DNA of 64,000 bases from the NCBI GenBank assembly GCA_965248055.1, contig CBDFIJ010000004.1, forward strand, positions 2,848,001 through 2,912,000. The letters run 5' to 3'. Source of the stretch: Candidatus Multivoradales bacterium (GTDB lineage: Bacteria > Acidobacteriota > Thermoanaerobaculia > Multivoradales > JAHEKO01). Positions within the stretch are counted from its first letter, which is position 1. Each line of letters starts with the position of its first letter. The notes under the pieces are model-generated. The model ran no database searches and was not told where the DNA came from. It was given only the letters and a program-made list of their open reading frames with translations. Shown here in pieces: positions 55,598 to 64,000 of this stretch. The translations under genes were made by a program, and so were the position numbers.

Positions 55598-56812
55598 TTA
55601 GGCCGCACGCTCCAGATCCTCAGACCGTAAAGCTTCCAGGCCGCGTTGTTCGGTCAATTCCTCAAGGCTCTGGTCTTTTTGTGAGAATCGTCGATCCCGC
55701 CCGGTAACCACAATTTCCGGTTCCAAGGGTTCGTTCCAAGCACCCTCGATCGGTGGGCCGAAGAAACCATCCGCGGTACGCATTTCCGCACCCTCGCCGA
55801 CCGGTAGCCAAGATGGCTGGCCTAGATATCCAAAGCTGTTTTGGCCGACGGTTTGAAAGTTGTTAGCGAGTAGTCGCGCGAGCAGTTCGCCGGCGCCATG
55901 GGTGGAGCGGCTCACCAGTACCACCACTCGGCCACCCCAGTGTTGGTCGCCAGCGGACGTGACGTGGGTGCGGTCGCCGTTTCGGGCGATGAAGTCAGCA
56001 CCTCCGGCGGAGCCCAGTGCCTGGGCGATTTCGATCGCCGCGTTGTAGTCCGAGCCCCATGCTCTGCGCAGGTCGATCAAGACTCCGCTCAAGCCTGACG
56101 TGGTTGCCTCAGAAAGAGCGGTGGAGATCTGTTCTACCGCGCTTGGCGAGGGTCGGTACAGACGTAGGATCAGGTCGTTGTCATTCACAGTAGTGGTGAG
56201 ATCGAGTATTTCACTCTCTGTTTGGGTGAGTTTTGCGACCCACTGGTCACCACCGCGCAAGATACCCACTGAAAGGCCACCCTGGTCGATGGGTTCGGCC
56301 TCGGAGTCGTCGGTGCCGTCGTTGGGCGTATCCGCGATTGCCATCGGGATCTGCGACAGACGAAGCTCTGCGTCCCAAAGGGGCAGGTTGCGGGTCGGCA
56401 CCCCACCGATCTCGGTGATGATGTCTCCGGGTTTGATTTCGGCCGCTTCTGCAGGGCCGCCGGGGGATAAACCGATGACAAACAAAACCCCACCGCCGTG
56501 GCCGAGAATCATTCCCGAAGGTGGCGGGCTGTCTGACAGTGTGCGCAGTGCTTCTACGTGCTCTGATGGGACCAAAGTGCTGAACGGATCGAGAGCATCT
56601 CCGAGCCCCTGAAAAGCTCCGGCCATCAGTTCCGATAGGTCGACCTCGTCAACGTAGGCTTGCCGTACCAGGCGCAAGACATCCTGAAAGACTGGAAATT
56701 GTTTAAAAAAGTCGTCGTCGCCCGGATCTCCGGCGACCGCAAACGAGGCAATCGCTAACGGAGCGAGGAGCAAGGCAGAAACTACCAAGAGTATGGTTCT
56801 GTTCCGAGTCAT
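55598..56812 (-). CDS. S41/CtpA-family protein with PDZ domain, catalytic residues apparently lost
   Basis: YVDEVD…LDPFS, PDZ GGPAEAAEIKPGD, IDLR, VVVLVSRSTHGAGE, VGQNSFG; position in envC-ctpA-yibQ operon. Confidence 0.82.
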   Translation of the reverse strand: MTRNRTILLVVSALLLAPLAIASFAVAGDPGDDDFFKQFPVFQDVLRLVRQAYVDEVDLSELMAGAFQGLGDALDPFSTLVPSEHVEALRTLSDSPPPSGMILGHGGGVLFVIGLSPGGPAEAAEIKPGDIITEIGGVPTRNLPLWDAELRLSQIPMAIADTPNDGTDDSEAEPIDQGGLSVGILRGGDQWVAKLTQTESEILDLTTTVNDNDLILRLYRPSPSAVEQISTALSEATTSGLSGVLIDLRRAWGSDYNAAIEIAQALGSAGGADFIARNGDRTHVTSAGDQHWGGRVVVLVSRSTHGAGELLARLLANNFQTVGQNSFGYLGQPSWLPVGEGAEMRTADGFFGPPIEGAWNEPLEPEIVVTGRDRRFSQKDQSLEELTEQRGLEALRSEDLERAA

Positions 56813-56845
56813 ATCGACAGTCCTTGGCGCTGCTTGAAGAATTAG

Positions 56846-58015
56846 TTATCGGACCCAATTGATCGGGTCCTGAGGACGGTTTTCCAGCCGGATTTCGAAA
56901 TAAAGTGAGCCTTGAACGCTGCCAATCGGCTGTTGTAACGCTACCACATCGCCTTTGCTGACCCGCAGGCTGTATAGCCCCGCGTAGAGCGAAAAAACGT
57001 TGTTCGGGTGAGCGATGATCACGGTTAGTCCGAAACCCTGAAAGGTCGCGGCAAACACCACTTCACCGGAGTAGATAGCCGTGGCCGTTTGAGTTCCGCT
57101 CAAGGCGTACTCAACACCGTTGTGCGGCACTTTGGTTTTGTAGCGCGGATCGAGCTGAGGTCCGAAGCCCTTGCTGATGCCACCTGAGACGGGTGCGTCG
57201 AGGATGCCGCGAAACCGTTGAATCGGAGTCTGGTCGGCGAACGAACGGCCTTGCAGAAGGGAAATGAAATCGCCCAAACGTCGTTCGCGGTCAACCAGGG
57301 TTGCCACTGTAGTCGACAATTGGTCCCTACGTCGTTTGACCGATGACAGTTGTCCCCGTTGGCGGCGGTGGGCGTTGGTTAACTCTTGGTTGCGGTCCTC
57401 TTCTTTTTGCACCCATTGTGCGAGCTCGATTTCTCGGCTCTCTAGTTCGGTTTGTAGTCCAGCTAGCTGGGTCTTTTGCTCGAGCAGTCGTTGCCGCCGC
57501 TGATTCATTCCACCGACTAGGTAGCGTAGCCAGCGAACTCGATTGAGATCGTCGCTGTCGTTGGAAGTCGTCAGCAGGCGCAGGGCGGAGCCGGAACTGG
57601 CGCCTTGGAGTCGTTGTGCTGACGCGATCAGAACCGATTCGGTGGCTTTGACCCGTTGCCCGAGTTCCGTTGCGTCGCTCGAAAGCTGTTGTAGGTCTTG
57701 ACGTAGTCCCTGTTGTTGTTTGCGAGCTTCGGCCAATCGGGCGCGTTGGAGTTGCAGTTCAATTTCGGTGCGCGTCAACTCGTGACTCCGCGAACGCTCT
57801 TCTCCGTTCAGTAAGCCGACCTGCTCCTGAAGGCGAGATATTTCGCGGCGTACCGCGCCCAGTTCCTGTTGATGCTGGTCGGGTTGGGGCTGGGCGGTGC
57901 TCGGTAGCGCAGAAGATATTGTGCCGAGTAGAGCCAAGGTCGTTACCAACCAGCAGCCCACGGGTGTCCACCGTGAGTTCAGCTTGGGTGGGGAGAATAA
58001 GAGGCGGCGCGACAT
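56846..58015 (-). CDS. envC: Murein hydrolase activator EnvC family protein
   Basis: Signal peptide, long coiled coil, degenerate M23/LytM domain (HNGVE, YAGL, LYFEIR…P.DP..W). Confidence 0.88.
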   Translation of the reverse strand: MSRRLLFSPPKLNSRWTPVGCWLVTTLALLGTISSALPSTAQPQPDQHQQELGAVRREISRLQEQVGLLNGEERSRSHELTRTEIELQLQRARLAEARKQQQGLRQDLQQLSSDATELGQRVKATESVLIASAQRLQGASSGSALRLLTTSNDSDDLNRVRWLRYLVGGMNQRRQRLLEQKTQLAGLQTELESREIELAQWVQKEEDRNQELTNAHRRQRGQLSSVKRRRDQLSTTVATLVDRERRLGDFISLLQGRSFADQTPIQRFRGILDAPVSGGISKGFGPQLDPRYKTKVPHNGVEYALSGTQTATAIYSGEVVFAATFQGFGLTVIIAHPNNVFSLYAGLYSLRVSKGDVVALQQPIGSVQGSLYFEIRLENRPQDPINWVR

Positions 58016-58131
58016 GGGTTCCTATGCTATCGAAAAGCCTTATTTGGCCTGATAGATACGCGGTAAGTGCGTGCTACCATCCGGGCCAGTTGGCAGTCTA
58101 AGACCTTCATCTTGACCTATCCAGAATTGTC

Positions 58132-59697
58132 TTGCTCATGAATACCAAGCTCTCTCCCGCGGTGGTTACGTTGGCCGTTAGTTTTTTGGCTCTCAGTGGT
58201 TTGGCTTTGACCGGCTGCGGAGACGGCGGGCCCGAGTGGCCTGATGATGGTTCTTTGGTGGTGATTCTGGAGAGTGCTCCGATCAATTTGGATCCGCGAG
58301 TGGGTACCGATCAGTCTTCGGCCCGGGTGTGGGAGCTGGTTTCCAACGGTTTGGTCGGCAAAGACCCGCAGGGTGGTTTGTTTCCAGATCTCGCTGAGTC
58401 ATGGGAAGTACTGGATGACGGTACCCGCTATCGATTTCGTTTGCGTAAAGGGGTCGAATTTCACGATGGATCAAATTTCGGCTCGGAGGACGTGCTGTGG
58501 ACCTACCAGACGATGCTCGACGGCAAAGTTAAGTCGTCGAAAATTGCAGCGTTGGAACCGATCGACCGGATCGAAGCTGTGGATGAACATACGGTTGATT
58601 TCTACCTGGTGCGTCCGCATGGCCCATTGCTCGCTGACCTAACCAGCTACATGGCGATCGTGCCTCACGGAATTGGCTCGCCAGCGATGAATCGGCATCC
58701 GATCGGTACCGGGGCGTTTCAGTTTGCCTCGCGCACCGCGGATCGGGTTGAACTGGTTCCGTTTGATCGGGCGTTTGAGGGCCGACCTCATTTCGAGCGG
58801 GTGGTGCTCAAGGAAGTCGCCGACGCCACCGTTCGGGTGTTGGAATTGCGACGCGGCAGCGCACAGATCGTGGTTAACGGACTGCCACCCGATTCGGTGG
58901 TGGGTTTTCGCGGCAATCCGCACTACCGCGTCGAGGTGACTCCGGGTTCCAACTATCAGTACATTGGTTTCAATCTAGAAGATCCGGTGCTTTCCAAGGC
59001 GGCGGTACGGCGGGCGATCGCCCACGGCATCGATCGCGACCAGTTGATCGACAGCCTGTGGCAGGGACTGGCTTCCGTGACGGACTCGATGATGCCGACT
59101 GGACATTGGGCGCGCGCCGAGTTGACCGCTAATCCCTATGATCCGGCGCTGGCGATCGAACTGCTCGAACAAGCCGGCTTCCCCGATCCCGATGGAGAGG
59201 GTCCAGAACCGCGGTTGCGAATCGTCTACAAGACCTCAACCAGTGAGTCGGGGCGCTTGCAAGCGGAAATCGTGCAGCAGATGCTGGCTGCGGTCGGAAT
59301 TGAGTTGGAGATCCGTAGTTTTGAGTTCGCGACGTTTTTGAGCGACGTACAGCAAGGGAATTTCCAGATGTACAGTCTAAGATGGACCGGAGTATTGGAT
59401 CCCCATCTCTATTACCTTTCTTTGCACTCGGCGAGTGTGCCACCCAACGGCGCCAATCGCGGACAATTCCGTCACCCCCGATTCGACCAGTTGATTGAAC
59501 TCGGCGCGCAGTTTTTCGCTCCCGAAGATCGCCGTCCCCACTATTTTGAAGCGCAAGAGATTCTCAATCGGGAGTTGCCTTACATTAGCCTTTTTCACAC
59601 CCAGACGGTGGCGGTACGAGCGGCGGGAATCGAAGGCTATGTTGGCTACCCGAGTGCCGAGTTGTACAGCCTCAAGACTGCCCGTTGGGCTGGCTAG
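58132..59697 (+). CDS. ABC transporter substrate-binding lipoprotein, family 5 (peptide/nickel)
   Basis: Lipobox LTGC, LDP, PDLAESW, LRKGVEFHDG, PIGTGAF, VRRAIAHGIDR; no permease adjacent. Confidence 0.93.
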   Translation: MLMNTKLSPAVVTLAVSFLALSGLALTGCGDGGPEWPDDGSLVVILESAPINLDPRVGTDQSSARVWELVSNGLVGKDPQGGLFPDLAESWEVLDDGTRYRFRLRKGVEFHDGSNFGSEDVLWTYQTMLDGKVKSSKIAALEPIDRIEAVDEHTVDFYLVRPHGPLLADLTSYMAIVPHGIGSPAMNRHPIGTGAFQFASRTADRVELVPFDRAFEGRPHFERVVLKEVADATVRVLELRRGSAQIVVNGLPPDSVVGFRGNPHYRVEVTPGSNYQYIGFNLEDPVLSKAAVRRAIAHGIDRDQLIDSLWQGLASVTDSMMPTGHWARAELTANPYDPALAIELLEQAGFPDPDGEGPEPRLRIVYKTSTSESGRLQAEIVQQMLAAVGIELEIRSFEFATFLSDVQQGNFQMYSLRWTGVLDPHLYYLSLHSASVPPNGANRGQFRHPRFDQLIELGAQFFAPEDRRPHYFEAQEILNRELPYISLFHTQTVAVRAAGIEGYVGYPSAELYSLKTARWAG

Positions 59698-59798
59698 AAA
59701 GGCCGTTCAACTCCCGGTATCCCCGGGGCTCCTACCGTCGGTGATCGCTCCAGAAAGCGGCTGTGGCGGTTGGCGAGGGCTTGCTGCGGCTAGCCAAC

Positions 59799-59838
59799 AG
59801 ATCCCTGCCCACCTCTATTCACCTCCGGCAGGGATGAC
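59799..59838 (-). repeat. Dispersed GTCATCCC-tagged REP copy
   Basis: Reverse complement GTCATCCCTGCC-(purine-rich loop)-GGCAGGGATCT, between convergent genes. Confidence 0.8.
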
Positions 59839-59962
59839 AGGGAGGCATCGTCCTCCGCCTACAGCAACATGGGTTGCCACGAACATCAGCTCCGTGGGCA
59901 AGGGCTTTTTGGGGTCGGGATCTTTTCCAGATAGGGAACAGAATCCCGAAGAGTGCGGGCTG

Positions 59963-60304
59963 CTAGTCGCCGAAGCTAGCCATCGCCTCGTCTTCGGTGT
60001 CGAAGACTTCAAAAACGGTGATTAGCTGGGTGATCTGCAGGATGTCTTGCACCTTGGCCGGTAGGTTGACTAGCTTCAACTGGCCTCCGCGGTTGGTCAC
60101 CGTGGTGTACGCTGAGACCAGCTCGCCGATTCCCGAGGAATCCATGGTGCTGACTCCGCCCAAGTTGATCAACATCTTGTTGGCACCGGCGTCGAGAGCA
60201 CCGTGAACGGCGTCGCGCAAGGCCACGTCTCCTGCTCCAATCGTCACCTTGCCGCTTACATTGAGGATGGTGAATCCGGCACGTTGTTGTACGTCAATAC
60301 TCAT
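59963..60304 (-). CDS. STAS domain anti-sigma factor antagonist (RsbV/SpoIIAA-like)
   Basis: INLGGVSTMDSSGIGELV phospho-Ser motif. Confidence 0.94.
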   Translation of the reverse strand: MSIDVQQRAGFTILNVSGKVTIGAGDVALRDAVHGALDAGANKMLINLGGVSTMDSSGIGELVSAYTTVTNRGGQLKLVNLPAKVQDILQITQLITVFEVFDTEDEAMASFGD

Positions 60305-60760
60305 TTAAGTTTTCTCCTTGACCTCTCCCACTTCAGAGTCGGCGTCCAGCTTCTTGCGCATGGTAACCAAGGTTCCGTCGGGTTGGAAATCGTAATCAAT
60401 CGAGTCCATACACTGCTTCATGTAGAAAATGCCACGCCCATTGGGGCGCAACAAGTTCTCCGCTTTTCGGGGATCGGGGAGTTTGCCGGGGTCGAAACCG
60501 CCTCCTTGATCTCCGATCTCAATCACCAGCTCGTCGCCTTCGCTGCGAACTGCGACCGATACGCGCTTGTCTTTTTCTTCGCCGTTGCCGTGGATAATGG
60601 CATTCGCCACCGCCTCACGGACAGCGAGTTCCAGCCACTGCTCATCCTCCGAATTCAATCCGAGGCCGGCGATGGTTTCGTCGAGGACAGCCTTAACTAG
60701 GTCAATATTGCCGACCTGACTCTCGATCGATAAAACCACCTCTGGGCAGCGAGCTGACAT
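60305..60760 (-). CDS. Anti-sigma factor Ser/Thr kinase (RsbW-like, HATPase_c_2)
   Basis: EAVANAIIHGN, DQGGGFDP, GRGIFYM. Confidence 0.93.
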   Translation of the reverse strand: MSARCPEVVLSIESQVGNIDLVKAVLDETIAGLGLNSEDEQWLELAVREAVANAIIHGNGEEKDKRVSVAVRSEGDELVIEIGDQGGGFDPGKLPDPRKAENLLRPNGRGIFYMKQCMDSIDYDFQPDGTLVTMRKKLDADSEVGEVKEKT

Positions 60761-60781
60761 CGGCGCAAGTTTACACGTAAG

Positions 60782-61579
60782 TCAGGCGCCGCTGAACTGG
60801 GTGGCAAGCGGCAAGATGATCAGCAGTTGGATGGCGTCGAATCCGGCGTGGGCGGCTGCTGCCGCCCAGATACTTTGCCTATGGCGAACGAAGAGGGCGA
60901 AGATCAGGGACAGTACGGTGACTCCGACCAGCATCATTGGTTGTCCGTAGCTGGCGTGAGCCAGAACGAACAAGCCGGTAGACAGACCGATACCCACGCG
61001 GGGTTGCAGAAATCCGCGGAAAAAAAGTTCCTCAAAAAAGCCCGCTGACATCGCCAGGCCCAGTCGCGCTAGCCACGGCATTGCCGCCAGCAGCAACACC
61101 AGTTGCGGTGGACCGGTGGGCACCACCTGATCCATACCGCTCGCGGTCAATAGACCGACGGCTAGCGCCATGGCTGCAATGGCTACCAGCCACGCGAGGC
61201 AAGCGCCGAGGCCCCCGAGTGCCATCTCAAAAGACACTTTGGGTTCGCCGAGGCCGAATTGACGGTGAAAGCTAGCGCTGGAGTGAGGGATTTGGGCGTA
61301 GCCAAGTGCCCACCAAATAACCAAGACAATCAACAACACTGCGTGCATCTGGAACAAAGAAGGGATCGAAAGCTGCTCGGGAAGTTCGGGGGGTTCGGCC
61401 AGAGCAAACGAACCGAACATGCCAATCCAGAAAAGCAGTGCGAGCATTCCACCGCCGAGCCAGCGACGCCAGGGTTGGTCTGTAAATCGAGGCGCAAGCC
61501 AGCCGCGACGAGCCATAACTTGGTCGACGATCAGTGCTGTCAAACCCGCCGCCACCATAGTCAATATTATTCGTTGCAT
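60782..61579 (-). CDS. CPBP family intramembrane glutamic endopeptidase (CAAX/Abi)
   Basis: EELFFRG, F…H, AH..FD motifs, multi-TM. Confidence 0.9.
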   Translation of the reverse strand: MQRIILTMVAAGLTALIVDQVMARRGWLAPRFTDQPWRRWLGGGMLALLFWIGMFGSFALAEPPELPEQLSIPSLFQMHAVLLIVLVIWWALGYAQIPHSSASFHRQFGLGEPKVSFEMALGGLGACLAWLVAIAAMALAVGLLTASGMDQVVPTGPPQLVLLLAAMPWLARLGLAMSAGFFEELFFRGFLQPRVGIGLSTGLFVLAHASYGQPMMLVGVTVLSLIFALFVRHRQSIWAAAAAHAGFDAIQLLIILPLATQFSGA

Positions 61580-61716
61580 AAATCTCCAGATATCCCGCTT
61601 TTCACACGGCTCGTCGGATTGTATGATCCCTGGACCGGTTGCGTTGTGGATCGGGTCTGCGGGGTTCGATGGAAAACTCGTTATACCGAGATCCCGTGAT
61701 CTTGAGGAGGATGAAC

Positions 61717-62373
61717 ATGATGAACTTAAGAAAACTCACAAACTCGGCTCTGATCGTGGTGGTGGGGCTGATCGCTGCCCCGGTGTTGGCTCAGACCGAT
61801 GACCAAGCGCCGGTTGACGGCAATGGAATCGAGTGGCGGGCCGGGCTGCGTTTGGGTAGCCATGACTTCACCGAGGCCGAGCAGAGCGTAAACGCCGTGT
61901 TTGGCGGCGATTCGGCTTCGCTCTTGGGTGTCCAACTCGAGGCGCAGTTCAACATGGGTCTTTTTGTCGGACTCTCCTACGAGACCGGTGATGTTTCGGG
62001 AAAGCGTGTGGTGCTGATTCCGAATCGACCTCCGATCCAGACCAACATCGATGAAGAGTTGGAGATCAAACCGTTTCGAGTCACCGCAGGTTGGATGTTT
62101 CGCAAGGATGAGTCTTGGGCTCCGGTGGTTGGCGCCGGCTTGACTTCTTTGAGTTGGTCTGAGGACGGCGGCGGTGAGTCCGTCAGTGGCAGCGACACCG
62201 GTTATCATCTGATGGGTGGTATTCGTTACCAACGCGAGCGTTTTTCGATTGGTGGCGAAGTCGAAATTTCGTCGGCGTCGGGTTCGGTGGGTGAGGGTGG
62301 TGTCACGCAGTTCTTTGGCGAAGATGACCTGGGTGGAACGGCGTTTCACTTGGTAGCCCTTTTTCACTTCTAG
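61717..62373 (+). CDS. Outer-membrane beta-barrel protein (small, 8-stranded type)
   Basis: GAGGAGG RBS, signal peptide ending VLA-Q, amphipathic strands, C-terminal F-H-F. Confidence 0.8.
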   Translation: MMNLRKLTNSALIVVVGLIAAPVLAQTDDQAPVDGNGIEWRAGLRLGSHDFTEAEQSVNAVFGGDSASLLGVQLEAQFNMGLFVGLSYETGDVSGKRVVLIPNRPPIQTNIDEELEIKPFRVTAGWMFRKDESWAPVVGAGLTSLSWSEDGGGESVSGSDTGYHLMGGIRYQRERFSIGGEVEISSASGSVGEGGVTQFFGEDDLGGTAFHLVALFHF

Positions 62374-62435
62374 GCAACCAGCGCGATATTTTCGCGCAAG
62401 ACAACTCGCGCGGTACTTCGCGCAACAGGAGCAAA

Positions 62436-63623
62436 TTGATGAGCCGCTCTTTGGGTGTGGACTTCCTATCCATTGAACCTCTTCTGAGCGAAGAGGAACG
62501 CTTGGTCGCGGAAACGGTGCGCGAGTGGGTTGACGATCGGGTGCGTCCGATTATCGAAGAGTGCCACCAGCAGGCACGATTCCCGAAAGAATTGATCCCG
62601 GAGATGGCTGAGCTCAATCTGTTTGGCTCGACCATCGATGAGTACGGACTGCCAGGTTTAAATAACGTTGCTTATGGGCTGACGATGCAAGAACTTGAGC
62701 GGGGGGATTCCGGGATCAGAAGTTTTGCCTCGGTGCAAAGCGCCCTGGTGATGTATCCGATCTACGCGTTTGGCTCGCAGGAGCAAAAAGACAAATGGAT
62801 TCCGGCGCTGGGACGTGGCAAGGCCATCGGTTGTTTCGGTCTCACCGAACCAGATTTTGGTTCTAACCCCGGAGGAATGCGGACCACCGCGGTCCGCGAC
62901 GGTAACGAGTGGGTGCTGAATGGCGCCAAGCAATGGATCACCAACGGTTCGATCGCCGACGTTGCGGTGGTCTGGGCTCAGACCGACGACGGAGTTCGCG
63001 GGTTCATCGTCGAGGCCGGGACCCCAGGCTTCACGGCTCCGGAACAGCATGGCAAGTTCTCGCTGCGCGCTTCGGTGACCTCGGAACTCGGGTTTCAAGA
63101 CTGTCGGATTCCCGCCGACAACCTACTGGCCAAGACGAAAGGCGTGAAGAGTGCTTTGGTGTGCTTGACTCAGGCTCGTTACGGCATCGCTTGGGGTGGC
63201 TTGGGCGCGGCGATCGACTGCTACCAAACTGCGCTCGACTATTCCAAGCAGCGGATTCAATTTGCCGGCCAACCGATTGCCAGTCATCAGTTGGTGCAAG
63301 AAAAGTTAGTGTGGATGCTCTCCGAAATCACCAAGGGACAGTTGGTGGCGTTGCAAATGGGGCGGCTCAAGGATCAGGGCAAACTCAAGCACTTTCAAGT
63401 GTCTTTCGGCAAACGCAACAACGTGTGGGTGGCGCGTGAAAGTGCCAAGCTCGCTCGCGACATTCTGGGTGCCAACGGTATTGTTGATGACTACCCGGTG
63501 ATTCGCCACATGCTCAATATCGAGTCGGTATTCACTTACGAAGGCACCCACGATATTCACGGCCTGATCATTGGCGCTGAGATCACCGGCATCCCATCGT
63601 TTAACCCGCCGATCAAGGACTGA
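62436..63623 (+). CDS. gcdH: Glutaryl-CoA dehydrogenase-like acyl-CoA dehydrogenase
   Basis: [55 protein letters not shown]. Confidence 0.88.
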   Translation: MMSRSLGVDFLSIEPLLSEEERLVAETVREWVDDRVRPIIEECHQQARFPKELIPEMAELNLFGSTIDEYGLPGLNNVAYGLTMQELERGDSGIRSFASVQSALVMYPIYAFGSQEQKDKWIPALGRGKAIGCFGLTEPDFGSNPGGMRTTAVRDGNEWVLNGAKQWITNGSIADVAVVWAQTDDGVRGFIVEAGTPGFTAPEQHGKFSLRASVTSELGFQDCRIPADNLLAKTKGVKSALVCLTQARYGIAWGGLGAAIDCYQTALDYSKQRIQFAGQPIASHQLVQEKLVWMLSEITKGQLVALQMGRLKDQGKLKHFQVSFGKRNNVWVARESAKLARDILGANGIVDDYPVIRHMLNIESVFTYEGTHDIHGLIIGAEITGIPSFNPPIKD

Positions 63624-63624
63624 C

Positions 63625-64000
63625 GTGGCGTTTCCCACTGAAGATCTGATTGAAGTCGTCGAGTTAGCGGCGATCGCGGCGGCTGATTGGATCGGCCTGG
63701 GTGACGGCGAGGCAGCGGACCATGTGGCCGTCGAGGCGATGCGCACAAGGTTAGGCGCCTGTGACATCCGCGGCCGGGTGGTGATCGGGGAAGGTGAGCG
63801 CGATCAAGCACCGATGTTGTTCGTCGGCGAAGAGTTCGGTTCCGGTGATGCTAACGCTCGTACGGTTGACATTGCGGTCGACCCACTGGAGGGCACCAAC
63901 CTGTGCGCCTATGACCAGCCGGGAGCCACGGCGGTACTGGCGGCCTCGGAGCGCGGCGGCCTGCTGCACGCTCCCGACATCTACATGGAGAAGCTGATCG
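63625..64000 (+). CDS. glpX: Class II fructose-1,6-bisphosphatase GlpX (5' part, runs off window)
   Basis: Manual translation from GTG: …AAD.VAVEAMR…[21 protein letters not shown]…[14 protein letters not shown]. Confidence 0.93.
   Translation, partial: MAFPTEDLIEVVELAAIAAADWIGLGDGEAADHVAVEAMRTRLGACDIRGRVVIGEGERDQAPMLFVGEEFGSGDANARTVDIAVDPLEGTNLCAYDQPGATAVLAASERGGLLHAPDIYMEKLI

Overview
GC-rich bacterial chromosomal window. The gene content (Bat operon, rsmA-ftsK, fmt-rsmB, envC-S41-yibQ, rsbW/rsbV-like pair) suggests an Acidobacteriota-like diderm, but that is only an inference. Most of the window is housekeeping, envelope and catabolic genes: RND permease, PBP1b, TonB receptor, UvrA, lat plus an ALDH7, the MoxR/Bat operon, asnB, an ABC substrate-binding protein, gcdH and glpX. 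Several accessory elements are embedded: (1) a two-gene cassette encoding a LecB/PA-IIL-like Ca-lectin and a lipoprotein thiaminase I (46612-48391), the most striking candidate system; (2) a ~1 kb hierarchical array of GTCATCCC-tagged REP dimers whose loops carry G-quadruplex motifs on both strands (17902-18950), with dispersed copies elsewhere; (3) an islet with a single-chain Type IIG/ISP-like restriction-modification enzyme facing a pentapeptide-repeat ion-channel gene; (4) a tandem duplication of an RRM gene together with its ~180-nt leader; (5) a GcvT-like plus two PYROXD2-like flavoprotein operon; (6) a luxE-luxC pair without luciferase; (7) an apparently catalytically dead CtpA; and several candidate structured non-coding RNAs. 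No rRNA, tRNA, CRISPR array, integrase or transposase was recognised. All family calls come from motif recognition by eye, not database searches.
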